Of a DNA stretch of 64,000 nt, positions 1-14,666 are shown piece by piece. The position numbers and the translations under genes were made by a program. The stretch is from the human T2T-CHM13v2.0 reference genome, Homo sapiens. Under the pieces are notes generated by a model, which worked only from the letters and a program-made list of their open reading frames with translations, was not told the DNA's origin and searched no databases. Where the stretch lies: the NCBI RefSeq assembly GCF_009914755.1, contig NC_060931.1; one strand, 5' to 3'. Within the stretch, counting starts at the first letter, position 1, and each line of letters opens with the position of its first letter.

Positions 1-181
1 TGGGGGTAGGGGAAGTTTAGGGTTGGGAATCAAGAATTTGGCTTTGTACATGGTATGTTTGAGGTCCTTATTAAAAAGTTTATTGGAGACAAGTAGCAGT
101 TGGAATATGAGTTTAAAGCATGGTATAGATGTGAGGGCTGAAGATATAAATGGGAAAGTCATCATAAAGTAGTTGGCATTT
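1..181 (-). mobile_element. L2 LINE fragment
   Basis: tttgtacatggtatgtttgagg...gggctgaagatataaatgggaaagtcatc resembles antisense L2 consensus. Confidence 0.55.
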
Positions 182-546
182 GTGGCCATTTAGAGTCATC
201 TCCAGATGACTATTATCAAAGGATAGCAGAGTTCTAAGGACAGCATTAAACAGAGGGAAAAACTCATAGAACTAGAAGAAATTTAAGAGGCCAATATTGT
301 CATTGGTAAGGATTCTTTAACAGAAAACCCACCTACTTTTAATATTTCATACCCTGTATATTCAAAATTGAGAAAATTGGGTGGTTATAGGATTAATTAA
401 AGAAGACTTTGTTTTCTCACATTGTCAGTGTGTTGACTTTCAACCTTAGACTTACTCCCATGGCCACAAGATGGCTACAGAGTCTCGAAGTATTGTGTCC
501 TCACATTATAATACATAGAGGCAAGCCTATGAAAGTGGTCCCTGTC

Positions 547-548
547 TG

Positions 549-579
<31 letters not shown>
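547..579. repeat. (TG)n microsatellite
   Basis: ~16 TG units with one CG interruption. Confidence 0.95.
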
Positions 580-1704
580 TTTAAGAATAAGGAATACTTT
601 CCCAGAAGCTCCCCTGTAGGCTTCCATACATGTCTTATCCAGAATCAGTTCATGTCGCCGGTAGGGTCTACCATGATAATGATAGACAAACACATTTGAA
701 AGAAACTAATGGATTTAACCAGGTTATTTATATGGAATTTACATTGCAGTGAAACTTCATTGCTATGACTTGGACTATTATTTACTAAATAATTACTATT
801 GTATTTATATTAAGGAATACTGATATTTACCATTTATGTATACAGAGTTCCTCAATTTAAAATCACATCCACTTGAGTATGTGTGTGTGTGTCTGTACAT
901 TTGCATGTATAAAAGAAAAACAAAATGTAAACATCATTTCAAGGTGAATTAAATTACTTTTAATTTCTCTTCCCATTCCAATAGTCAGTATTTCTAAAAA
1001 TCAAAGATACAAAGATAAAAATGCTTTGTATTTGTAAGAATATGGCCTGCTTTCGTTTAAGCAACTATATGCCTAAAAAGGTCTTAAGTCAATTTAATAA
1101 ACTATATTTGTCTAATTTCTGTACCAAATCATTATTTAGTCTTCTAAATAATAGTCCTACCTAGACCTATATTGGTCCTACCTAGATTCCCAATATTGTT
1201 TTCATATCAGTTGGACTATTATGCTAACATTATTGCTTTATTCAGAGAGAAAGAGCATTAATTTACATTCTCTACAATGACAACATCATGCAGACTATAG
1301 AGTAACTCTGGGAAGAACTTCAGTTAAAAATGCTAATCAGATGCCCGTGGGGTGACTTGGAGGAATTATTTAATTAATAGCCTTTTCCTAATTACTACTT
1401 AGGAACAAATGTCTTTAAATGTAATCATTCACCCACTTTATTTATTTATTCTTGCTGTCTATGAATAATACAATTATATTGTAATACCAACAGTTGAAAT
1501 TGCAAGATCAAGAAATTAGAGTGACATAGGTAGAATTGGCTTCTATTTAATAACATAATGATGGTTATTTAGCTAGAAAAAAAAAGCACTGTTTTTGAAG
1601 AGGATCCTTACTATCTATCTGTAGGTACCTATCTTCACTACAGCAGTATGTCATTAATGATTAAAAACTGTCGTAAAGTTAAGCCTAGAAAGAGGAAAGA
1701 ATAG

Positions 1705-1940
1705 ACTTGATTGTGCTTTCTGTGGGCCAGGATTTGTGCTAGGCTCCTCATATTTTATTTTATTTAATAATTTTAGTCGTCAAAAATAGTTACTGCCATT
1801 TTATAGATGAGAAAACTAGGTTCTAAAAGTTTAAGTGATTTCTTCAAAGTATTTTTGGGTAGTGTAGGTATCAAAGTTAGGATTTGAATCTGGGTTTGCC
1901 AGTCACTGACAACAAAGCCCAAATTTCCTCCACTACACAA
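1705..1940 (-). mobile_element. MIR SINE
   Basis: ccattttatagatgagaaaactagg...aggatttgaatctggg is the antisense MIR core. Confidence 0.75.
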
Positions 1941-2059
1941 TTGCATAGAAGAAACAGAACAAATATGAAGTATGTCAGAAGTAACCAACCATGAGCACTG
2001 TGTAATGCTAGAACCAGAAAAGCAGAATTCCCAACCTTTCTGTGTTATTTTCCACTACT

Positions 2060-2458
2060 TTGCTCTTTCTCACTGGGCTTTGGCTGACTTACCCTTCCCA
2101 CTGTTCCCTTTACTTAGAATATTCTTCCCTCCATTGTTTGCTTGACCAACTCTTTCTTATCCTTCATGTCTCATTGCATTAGTCATTTTTTGGAGAGTAG
2201 GGGACTTTGCTGAAATTTTTAGATCCTTCTACTAAAAGTCACATAGCACTATGTTTTTCTTCCATTGAATGTGTCATAATTGCAATGATACAGTTACTTG
2301 AGTGATCAATTGTTTTAGTCAGATTGTAAACTCCATAAGGCAGGGACAGTGTCTGTCTTATATACAATGTTTTTTTTTTGTTTTTTTTTAGCAACTAGCA
2401 CAGTGCCTGACACATAGCTAGCTAGTTGATGTTCAATCAGGAAGGAATGAATAGATGG
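2060..2458 (+). mobile_element. L2 3' end
   Basis: agattgtaaactccataagggcagggac...agcacagtgcctgacacatag...gaatgaat tail. Confidence 0.7.
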
Positions 2459-3119
2459 CTTATATAGCTTGCTGGAGATCTGTTTTCAAGTAAGATATTT
2501 TAAAATTTTATTTTATAAAATAATTTTGTCCTTATGTTTTATAGCCTATATTATGAAATATTGGGAAAAACTTTATACTTATGTAGTAGCTAATAGGTAA
2601 TAGAAACCATTGGCTAAATGAATGCATTTTCAGACAAGCTTTATAAGTGATTTGATACTTGCCAAGTGGCCTGTTTTGTGAATCATTTAAGTACATACCA
2701 GTGGTGGTTTTCATTATGGTAACAGTTCAAAACAGTTTTAAACATTTAATCATTCTTTAATAAAAGCAAAGTAGTAGCTAAGACATAACCAGTAAATCCA
2801 AGATGTGGAAATAATGAAAATAGGGACGTTATTTTTGACACTGATAATAAAGTGCCACTACTGAGGAATTTTTTTGTGTGAAATTTTCTAAAATAGTATT
2901 TTAAATTTTTCTTGAAGCAAATTCAATTTCTTTTTAACCCATGAAAAATTAATGTGCCATGGGAGAAGTGTTACTTAGATATCTAATGAGCTATTACGTT
3001 CCAATAAAACTGAAGATTAATGGGTTCACTCTGGGGAAAATAACATTCCATTTGAAATAAGGATATTTGAGCAACTTAATCTTTTCACTTGGTAGTAAAG
3101 TTTTAGAAATTCACTTTCT

Positions 3120-3420
3120 GGCCGGGCGTGGTGGCTCATGCCTGTAATCTCAGCACTGTGGGAGGCCGAGGCGGCGGATCACCTAAGGTCGGGAGTTCGA
3201 GACCAGCCTGACCAACATGGTGAAACCCTATCTCTACTAAAAAATACAAAAATTAGCCGGGTGTAGTGGCAGGCGCCTGTAATCCCAGCTACTCGGGAAG
3301 CTGAGGCAGGAGAATCGCTGAATCCAGGAGGCAGAGGTTGCAGTGAGCAGAAGTCGTGCCATTGCATTCCAGCCTGGTCATAGAGCGAGACTGTCTCAGA
3401 AAAAAAACAGAAAAAAGAAA
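3120..3420 (+). mobile_element. AluS, full length
   Basis: ggccgggcgtggtggctca...A-rich tail; TSD agaaatt(c/a)actttct at 3105-3119 and 3421-3435. Confidence 0.97.
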
Positions 3421-3659
3421 AGAAATTAACTTTCTACACTTAAGTTTATTTCCAAAGCATATAGTCCTTGATGTTGAGTTTATGTTAAAAGAGCAGTATA
3501 AGTTACATTGAGCAGTATTTGTTTTAAAGATTCACAATACTCACCTTTGGGCATGAGGAAGGGTATATTATTTTGATATCATAACTGAACTCTGTAGCAT
3601 AGTAATCATAAAAATAGTGTCCTTATATGTTGTCATGGTTCAGTTATCTTTATCACCTC

Positions 3660-3850
3660 CATGTATACCTGATGCACTTTATTATATACTTTCTCCATTG
3701 CATTGTGATTATTTGCATGCCTCTCTACCACACTGGGGCATGAGATCCTCTAGGCAATAAAACATCTCATTCATATTTTCTGCAACACCTTGCTTAGTAT
3801 CTGGCACACAATCATTGTTCAATAAATTTTTGAGGGAGGAAGAAAGGAAG
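3660..3850 (+). mobile_element. L2 3' end fragment
   Basis: tagtatctggcacacaatcattgttcaataaattttt matches the L2 terminus. Confidence 0.55.
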
Positions 3851-4552
3851 GATTCTAGGAATAGACGTGACTTCAAGAGTTAATATCTTAAAAAGACAAA
3901 ATGTCTAATATGAGTCAAAGGACTAAATGTATTCCATACTCTTCTAAAATGAGAACATTATTTGATCAATACAATAAAGTCTGTCAATGGGTTACCAAAA
4001 AAAAAAAATAGGTGTTGATTGCCAAATATTTTTACTTTGTTTTGACATTTTATTCTTAATTCAGTGTGTCCTAGATCAAATGATGCTTCTATGGAGAAAT
4101 TTCTTAAGTACCTCTTTTTCCCTATATAGTAGACATTGTTTTGAAACCCTTGATTAAATGTACTGAGATAAAATGTCAGTATTAATAAGGACATCCACCT
4201 CCCAAAGAAACTACAGTTGAAGAAATAAAAATGGATCATATTACATTTTTACCATATTACAGTTGAATAATTTTCTAATGGTTCTTAAACTGCAAGCGTT
4301 TAAAAACATGACAATGAATTTCATGTGTTAGACATCCCTCAGTGTTACTGAATGACTGTATGATTCTACTAGCTGGCAGTAAATACTCATTTATAGTGTG
4401 GAGTCTGTAATGAGCTGAAATCATAGAAATACTGAAACCCCATTTTCCATAACTCTGATTGCCTCTGCACATTATTTTGGCAGGTAACTTTATAGTACTA
4501 GAAATCAAATGTACTTCTAAATCATCTAACAAAAATTAGATGTTTGTCTGGT

Positions 4553-5135
4553 TTTATTTTTTGTTGAGATAACTTTAGATTTAAAAGAGTTGTAAAAATA
4601 GGATGGAGTGTTCTGATATACCCTTTACCCAGCTTCTCTTTAGGTTAACATCTTATATAAGCATAGAACAATTCTCAAACCTAAGAAATTAATCTTAATA
4701 CAATACTGTTAAATAAACTGTAGAATTTATTTGTATTTTACCAGTTTTGCCACTAGTGTTCTTTCTCTGGACCAAGATTCAATCCAGGATCTCCTGTTTC
4801 ATTTTGTCATTATGTCTCCTCAATCTCTTCCAGTCTGTGGCAATTCTTTACTTTTTCCTTGCCTTTCATGATCTTTTTGTTCTTTTGAAGAGTACTCTTC
4901 AGTTATTTTGTAGAATGTCCCACAAGTTGGGTTTGCTTAATATTTTCTCATGATTAGATTGAGTTTGTGCCTTAATGGGAAGGCTACCATAGATCATAGG
5001 TGATGTCGCTTCTCTGTGCATCAGAGCAGGGGAACATGATGTCAGTATACATACTATACATTACTAGTGATGTTAGCCTTGGTCCATCAGTCAAGGTAGT
5101 ATTTGTCAGCTTTCTCCACTATGAAGCTACTTTTT
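4553..5135 (-). mobile_element. Old L1 3' end (L1MC4/5-like)
   Basis: ataactttagatttaaaagagttgtaaaaatag...taccctttacccagcttc...gtgatgttagccttggtcc; homologous to 11228-12055. Confidence 0.7.
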
Positions 5136-5893
5136 TTATTTTGCTTTAACAAAGTAGTTTTAAATCATTTGAGTTTGGAAGACAGCTTGGGGAGTTGTTT
5201 TATTTTTAAGTCACTAAGCAGTTTTAAAATCTGGTGAAGAAACTGATTTCATATTTTTGTCAATCTAGTATTTTCATACAAACAATGGGGATTTAAATAA
5301 GATATCTTAGGACTCTTTCACCTTTAATATTCTATGACTTGATGTCTCTAAGGAGAAATATAAGAGAATAAGATGTTCCATGTATGTCATAGTTGCTTAC
5401 AGATTAGCCTGAAGTCCATCTATGAATTTGACTGGCTTTTGAAATGAATACCTTGACATCATTCTGCTTAACAAGGGTATTGTACACTGAAGACATATTA
5501 AACAGTTTCTAAATTACCTAACTGAAAATCTATTATCTAGATATTTTGTTATTTAGATACTGAGTTGTTTCTTAGTCTCAAAATTGTCAGTTTAAACTAT
5601 TTACAGTTTATCTGGCCTCAGAAGTAATAATATTAAAAGATTTTAAGTATTGAAATATTTAAATCAGGCTATTTTATATCTTAATGCAAATTATAGTTTT
5701 CACTCTGAATCTTATAAACTTGAGTCAGTGAAATCAAGTTCTTATGTAGGTAATATTATTTTCCTTAAGAAAATTTGTTACCTTTCATTTTTTGAATATC
5801 TGTTATTTATTCTAAAGTGATGTTAAGATTGTTATAATGCCATTTATATAAATTCTATTTGTTTTTGGTTTTTGACATGGTGTGATCTATAAC

Positions 5894-5963
5894 TATTTTT
5901 TTTAAGTTCTGGGGTGCAGAATGTGCAGGTTTGTTACATAGGTAAACGTGTGCTATGGTTTGC
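5894..5963 (-). mobile_element. Very short L1PA 3' end
   Basis: ttttttttaagttctggggtgcagaatgtgcaggtttgttacataggtaaacgtgtgc. Confidence 0.8.
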
Positions 5964-6204
5964 CTAGAACATCAAGACTCAGCAAAGGAAATATAAAATT
6001 ATATTTTTAGTATTTTCTCCTACTTTTTATTGTGATGTCAATTAAATGGCCAAAGATGATGATTGTTATTTTTCTGTTTTTTTCTGAGAGAAAAATATAT
6101 ATTTAATACATATGAAATGATTTTCTTAATTTTCAAAGAAAATATTCAAGCCAATCATAGTAAAGATGATTACCACAATAGAAAAGTGGGCAAAAATTAG
6201 GAAA

Positions 6205-6370
6205 ACTACATTCTTGACTTTATCAATGTGGGTATCTTGGTTATAAGATTACACTACAGCTTTGCAAGATGTTACCATTGAGGGAAACAGAGTAAAAGGT
6301 ACAAGGGATCTCTGTATTATTTCTTTCAACTGCATGTGAACTACAAAGATCTTAAAATTAAAAGTTCGAC
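6205..6370 (+). mobile_element. L1MC/MD 3' end fragment
   Basis: tttgcaagatgttaccattgagggaaacagagtaaaaggtacaagggatctctgtattatttc. Confidence 0.7.
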
Positions 6371-6521
6371 TTAATTTTTGAAAGTACAGAAAATTGAGGA
6401 AAGGCAATTTATAGAAAGAAAAAATTCTAACAATAGATGAAAAGATATTCCTTTTTATTCAAAATGCAAATAAAAAGGGAATGAGAAGCAATTTTCCGCT
6501 TCTATCAACTTAATAAAAAGG

Positions 6522-7771
6522 TTTTCAACTTTTATTTTAGATTCAAGAGGTACATGGGCAGGTTTGTTACATAGGTATATTGTGTGATGCTGAGTTTTGG
6601 GGTGTGATTCATCCCATCACCCAGGTAATGAGCCTAGTACCCAGTAGTTAGTTTTTCAACCCTTATTCCCTCCTTCCCTCCCCATTCTAGTAGTCTCCAG
6701 TGTCTATTATTGCCATCTTCATGTCCCTGTGTACCCAATGTGCTCCCACTTATGAGTAAGAACATGTGGCATTTGATTTTCTGTTCCTGAGTTAATACAC
6801 TTAGGCCTCCAGCTGCATCCATGTTGCTGCAAAGGACATGATTTCATTCTTCTTAAGGGTTGCATAGTATTTCATGGTATATATGTACATTTTCTTTATC
6901 CAGTCCACCATTAATGGGCACCTAGGTTGATTACATGTCTTCGCTATTATGAACAGTGCTGCAGTGAACATACAAATGTGTGTGTCTTTTTGGTAGAATG
7001 ATTTATTTTCTTCTGGCTATATACCCAGTAATGGGATTGATGGATCTAATAGTAGTTCTGTTCTTAGATAAATCTCCAAACTACTTTTCACAGTGGCTGA
7101 AAAAATTTACATTCCCACCAATAGTGTATAAGCATTCCTTTTTCTCTGCAGCCTTCCCAGCATCGTTGTTTTTTGACTTTTTAATAATAGCCATTCTGAC
7201 TGGTATTGAATGGTATCAATGAGATACTATCACAAAAGAGATAATATCTTTTTGATTTGCATTTCGCTGACAATTAGCGATGTTGAGCATTTTTTCATAT
7301 GTTTGTTGGCTGTTTGTATGTCTTCTGAGAAGTGTCTGTTCATGTCTTTTGCCCACTTTTTAATTGAGTCATTTGTTTTTTGCTTTTTGAATTAAGTTTC
7401 TTGTAGATTCTGGATGTTAGATCTTTGTCAGATGCATAGTTTGTGAATACCTTCTCCCATTCTGTAGGTTGTCTGTTTACTCTGTTTATAGTTTCTTTTG
7501 CTGTACAGATGCTCTTGAGTTTAATTAGGTTCCATTTGTCAATTTTTGGTTTTGTCGCAATTGCTTTTGAGGACATAGTCATAAATTCTTTCCACAGGCA
7601 GATGTCCAGAATGGTGTTTCCTAGGTTTTGCTCTAAGATTCTTATAGTTTGAGGTCTTACATTTAAATCTGTAACACAACTTGAGTTAATTTTTGCATAT
7701 GGTGAAATGTAGGGCTCCAGTTTCATTCTTCTGCATATGGCTAGCCAGTTGCCAGCACCATTTATTGAATG
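6522..7771 (-). mobile_element. 5'-truncated L1 (L1PA15/16-like): 3'UTR plus decayed ORF2 C-terminus
   Basis: caacttttattttagattcaagaggtacatg 3' end; ORF 7340-7726(-) reads as L1 ORF2 ([32 protein letters not shown]). Confidence 0.92.
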
Positions 7772-8208
7772 GAGATATTATGACTTTTTTTTAATGGCAG
7801 TATAGAAGTTTGGTAAAACTTAATTTTAGGGCCTGAGCAAAAAAAATATTTTTCTCTCAATACAAGTTTTAAGTTTGATACAATGAGTCGAGTGTTGTAT
7901 TAAAATTTTCATTGTCCAGTGAGAAGGATAAACAAAATGCTGTCATATTCTATTAAAGAAGGCATTGTTTCCACAATGGCCAATCCTAAACAATTCATGA
8001 TTATTGCTTATATTAATGAATAAGTAATATACTTGTTTTTTTATGTGTGTATGACAAACTTAGTTATCGCTGAGTAATTTTTAGTCATTTACGTCTCTGA
8101 AAATTTTAATGGGCCAATCACTGATTTTTATTCAATCTGAAAAATCTGACTATGGAACTGTAATTTGACTAGTGATCTTGCCTATCTTGAACATTTTTAG
8201 ATATTATT

Positions 8209-8444
8209 TTTAGATTTTAGATAACATTTTTAAATATTATTTTTGCCTAAATATTTCAAAAGCAGGTAAAAACTCTAAATAAAAATATTATATTTTATTT
8301 AAATAAAAATATTATATTTTATTTAAATAAAAATATTATATTTTATTTAAATAAAAATATTTAGATTTTAGATAACATTTTTAGATATTATTTTTGCCTA
8401 AATATTTCAAAAGCGGGTAATAACTTTTAAATAAAAATATTATA
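8209..8444. repeat. ~84-bp direct duplication enclosing 3.5 copies of a 24-bp quasi-palindromic AT unit
   Basis: 8209-8292 is similar to 8360-8444; unit aaataaaaatattatattttattt at 8277, 8301, 8325 and partial at 8349. Confidence 0.9.
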
Positions 8445-8539
8445 AATGAAGGAAAGTTACCAATGTAGGAGCCTCTTAATATAGATTTCTAGCATACACT
8501 TCATGCGTATTTCCCAGATATTAGTAGTTTACTACCTGA

Positions 8540-8995
<456 letters not shown>

Positions 8996-9306
8996 AGATG
9001 TCTTAAACACCTACAAATATTCATTATAAAAGTTGTAGCTTTTCATGTTTATGGAAATATATAAATTTATAGAATTGGGATTGTGCCCATTAAGAGTCTA
9101 CCCTAACTCATACTTATCATCCATCATTCATTTCCTTTCCTTTCTTTATCCTAGTTTGCCACTGTCACTTTTCACTCACTGATCTTTGTTGCCTTTAGTG
9201 TAAATATGCCCTCTTCAGATGGCTGTGGCAATCCTTAGGGCCTTTTTTTCCCCAGATCAGAGGGAGTCCCTCTTGATCCCAGGTCATACATGGGAAATCC
9301 AAAGTC

Positions 9307-9452
9307 TTTTTTTTTTTTTTTTTTGATATGGAGTTTCGGTCTTGTCGCCCAGGCTGGAGTGCATTGGCGCAACCTCCGCTTCCTGGGTTCAAGTGATTCT
9401 CCTGCCTCAGCCTCCCGAGTGGCCGGGATTACAGGCACACACCACCACTGCC
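9307..9452 (-). mobile_element. Alu right-arm fragment
   Basis: poly-T, gatatggagtttcggtcttgtcgcccaggctggagtgc...attacaggcacacaccacc. Confidence 0.9.
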
Positions 9453-10468
9453 CTATTTCTTTGCTACGAAAAGCTGCCACAAAGAAGTAAAAAGTTACAG
9501 GAGGAGCTAAAAACTTACTCTACTCAATCTGCTCCAGAATCATGAATTGGAGAGAGAAGTGATTGCTCAAGAAAAGAAATAGTTATTTATGTATTCCCAT
9601 ACATGAAATTAGAAATTTGTTACTGCCCTTTTTCTATCTTGCTATTTAAAAAATATTTACTATTAATAAATAATGAATGAAATGTTGCAGTATTAAATAA
9701 AGGGAGATCTCTTTGATTATCTTTTGTTTGCATCACTAAATAGAGAAAAAAGGTAAGGTTTTTAAAAAGAGCTCTATTCTACTTAATGATATATGTGTTT
9801 GAGCTGAGTTTACTAAGAACATCCCAAGTGACTTTAATTTCATAATATAGCCTTAGAATTTCTAATTAAATATGCAACTTGTATCATACAAAAAAATTCT
9901 TATGCTTTTTACAGTAAATTTAATTAAGCATTTCTTGTAAGTTCATTTCAGTATCTGTCATGGCTCACTAAAGTTGGAATTCAGTTGTAAAATGGTATAT
10001 TAATTGCCTTTTGTATTAAATGAAATAAGAATCTCAAATATGCAAAGTCAGGAAATCTAATTGTGGTCTTCAATTGCTCATTCAATGCATTGGAAAACTG
10101 AATGCAGAAGTATAGAAAAATAAAAGGCCAAAGGTTGTTAAATGTAGCATATCACACACATTTCGCACTTTACTTAATGATCCAAGTGTTTATTACTATG
10201 AGGTAAATGCACCATTTAAAGAATTATGGTGGAATTGTAAAACGTTAAAAACTCTAATTAATTTCAGTCTGAAGCATGCAGTGTGCTCATTTTGCCTAAA
10301 ACATTTTCATTATCGTCAGTATTTTCCAGTTATTAAGATAAATTATTTCTTCATTGTGCAGCACTAGCATATTTTCTGTATTAAAAACACAGTTTTAAAT
10401 GCTGTTGAGAGTTACATATCTAGCATATGTTTTTAAATGAATAAAACAATATAGTTTTTTGACCACAG

Positions 10469-10536
10469 ATGGAAGCCAAGTAGTGTATCTGTTTTTCTTT
10501 CTACACTTGTTCCGTAGCTACCAGCAGTTAGAACAG
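10469..10536 (+). other. Candidate cassette exon A (68 nt)
   Basis: ttttttgaccacag acceptor, CAG|gttgag donor (weak); open frame GSQVVYLFFFLHLFRSYQQLEQ, entry phase 1, exit phase 0. Confidence 0.3.
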
Positions 10537-10851
10537 GTTGAGTGTCTACATGTTTTTTCCCTAAAAGCTATATATGTATTCTTACACTTTTAAAAGAAAC
10601 ATTATTAAAGTATAGAGATAATTCTGACTATTAATTTGGATCCAGTTATAATAACTGTTCCTTCTCTGGTTAGTAAAAGGAATATTTAAAATCTAAAGAA
10701 AATATCATAAGAATATAGAAACATTTTAAGTTAGTGCCTGTCTGCACCGTCTCCCTTCATTTTACTGTTGTACCACCATGGATGTTTGCCTGCTGTGAAG
10801 AACATATTTGGTAAAATAAAAACAAGTGACATCTTCTCTTTGTATTCATAG

Positions 10852-10997
10852 AGTCTTGTAACTCTTACTTATTTCTGGAAATAGTTTGTTCATATGGCCA
10901 AATTATAAAGGGACTTAGTAAAAGAAAGCTATGTTTTCTGATTACGAAGGAAATCTATGCTCACAGTGGGAAAACAAGAAAATGTGGCAAAGCACAG
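10852..10997 (+). other. Candidate cassette exon B (146 nt), 3' part L1ME-like
   Basis: atcttctctttgtattcatag acceptor, strong CAG|gtaaga donor; 48 open codons SCNSYLFLEIV...RKCGKAQ, entry phase 1, exit phase 0. Confidence 0.4.
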
Positions 10998-11227
10998 GTA
11001 AGAAAATAAAAATCAATAATATCAACATTATGAATATTTTAGGTACTTAGGAATTTGGGGTAGAATGATGGAAAGCAAACTGTTAATTATAGCTGTATAT
11101 TTCAGTGTAGAGGCTACAGGTGCCTTGCATTTGTTTTCTTATAAAATCTGTTCCCATACATTTTACTTACTTTATTTGAATTTAGGAAACTTTCATTAGG
11201 TAGCCATTTTTATTTTCTGTTTCTTTA

Positions 11228-12055
<828 letters not shown>

Positions 12056-14352
12056 TTACATCAACATCTATAAAGATATAAAGAATAGGGAGAGTTGCCT
12101 CTTTGTGTAATCCTTTTATATAAAGGATTACAAGAGTTTAAGAAATCTTTTAAACTTGGCAGTCTACAAGGTAAACAAAGTTATCTGTACTCATAGAGTG
12201 TAATTTGTATCCAGGTATTACCTGAGTGATATAAATTCCAGATGCTAAAATAGTTGGCCATTGTTAGGAGTTGGTTACGTCCTAAGAGGAAGGAAAAGAA
12301 TGGATAGGTTTTATTAATTGGCATCAATTATTTGAACTATCATGAGAACTAAATCACATTTATAAATAAAGAAAAACCGAGGGTCTCCTCTATCACAAAT
12401 TGATAGTGCAAGCTGACTAACATTTAAGCAAAATCTTGCAAGTTTTATTTAGTGATAAGATAAACATGGCAGTGTGTTTACTTAATTTCTCTGTTAGAAT
12501 AACTCAGTCTCATATTGCCACCTGGAGTATCAGCCCATTATTAAATGGTCCATCTGTGCCTAGAAATTACCATTCTCACTACAATTCTGTCCGTGTAAAA
12601 AGAGCAAGGCTAAGGAACCAAATTTTGTCATTTGATATTACAGGTGTTACTGTTAATTGAGTGCACATTCTTGAAATTTCACATATAACTAGCAGATCTG
12701 CAAAGTTGTTATAGTCAGTGTATTTTTTTAGAGTATGAATTAACAAGTTTAAACATTAAGAGGTAAGCCTGTCTACTTTCCAGTAGCCTCAAAGGATACA
12801 TTTTCTTTACGATTGTTTCAGAACACTTCATGAAACAAATGTCAAACTTGTCAGGGCTGTCACTAAGAAAATGATCCATGTAGCCAGGGTCTTCTTTCAT
12901 TGGGAAACAAACAGATGTCTTATCTCAGCAGAGAGAAAAAAAAAAACCCTCCTGTATATCAGAAGAAATTTTTGCTTACCTATAATATCCAGTAGTAAAG
13001 AAATGCTTTGGTAAAAAGCTTCCTTTGCAATTTTATTTATTATGCAGTCATTTATCAATTATATTTTATTTGCTGTCTGAGTTACTTTAATGATTTTTAT
13101 TAATCTGGAACTGCGTATAAATTCTTACAAAAATTGACCTGCAATGTGAAAAACATAAATTAGCATTTCCAAAAAGACTTCCCTAGAGCTTTATTAGATC
13201 AAATTTTAATGTTATTTATGATAAAATCTATTACTGTTATTTTGATAATGTTATAGCAATTTTAATATTATACTCTAGCAATTAGAGTGGAATGCCTTTT
13301 TCACCCCTTCATAATGCTTTTCTGCACCTAGGTTACAGCTATCCTTCTAAAAGGAAGAAAGAGATTGGCTCTTATTTGTTATATAAGTGACTTAACAGCA
13401 TAAAAGGCAAGATGTTTTAAGACAAATCCTCAGCACAAAGAAAGGTGTGAAACAGTTATGTACCTGTCCTGAACAGCAGGCAGTGTTAGAAGGCATGCAT
13501 TTATAAACTGTACTTTATTTCTAAGAAAAATTCAACAACAAAAAGACAAACATTATATTAAGAATGTTACTTAACTGGCATATCTATATATATCTTATCC
13601 ATATATTTAAAACATATTCAAATTAATGGAAGTTGCAAATTTTTATTTCATTTAACCATGTTCCAATAGCTTATATCCATAGTTAAATATGAAAATAAAG
13701 TATATAAGTACCTCCTAGTCCTTGGGGTTATTAAGTCTTTACATTTGTGTTTTGACTTAGAGCAGCAAGGTTGCTAGAGAAAACTAGATAGCCAAGCATG
13801 TTAAACCGGGAAGTCATACGGTGGAGAAACTTAGTAGACTGTCCGTGTGATAAAGGCTCCATCTTTCTTTTATAAATTAAAGGGTATGAGCTTGATAATG
13901 GCTGTTTTGGCTCATGTTGCTTCAAACATTTTTGCTTATTTTTATTTTCACTGTTGTTATATAGTAAGTTAAGATTGCTAGAAGTGTGAGTACTAGCAAT
14001 CTTAATTTACGATAGTTAAGAACAATATTGTGCTTTTCCAAATTATGTATTAATTCAGGCATACCTTTTATTCGTTCATTATTCCACTGTTTCACATAGT
14101 TCAGAAAATATTGATTGGACTACAACTATATACTAAGTATGTCCTGTTAGATGGTAGGAATGTATAAGATACAGAAGATAAAACCTTCCTTTGAGGAACA
14201 GATGGACAAATTCAGTGCTACATATCAAAAATTTCTTGCCATCCGTACCTGCTGATTTAACACTTTCTAACAGTGTCTCTCCTGAAGAAGACAGGGGAAA
14301 GTGTAGAGTAAGATTTACTTTTTATTATAATGTAGTTAAAATGTAATCTCTA

Positions 14353-14666
<314 letters not shown>

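Noticed and set aside
1246-1351. Possible exon (ttattcag ... GGG|gtgact)
   Set aside because: Weak splice signals and no protein similarity I can recognise.
7340-7726. 128-aa ORF resembling a reverse-transcriptase protein C-terminus
   Set aside because: Decayed L1 ORF2 fragment in a 5'-truncated element; not a gene.
8277-8360. CRISPR-like array
   Set aside because: Units are directly tandem with no spacers, in eukaryotic DNA.
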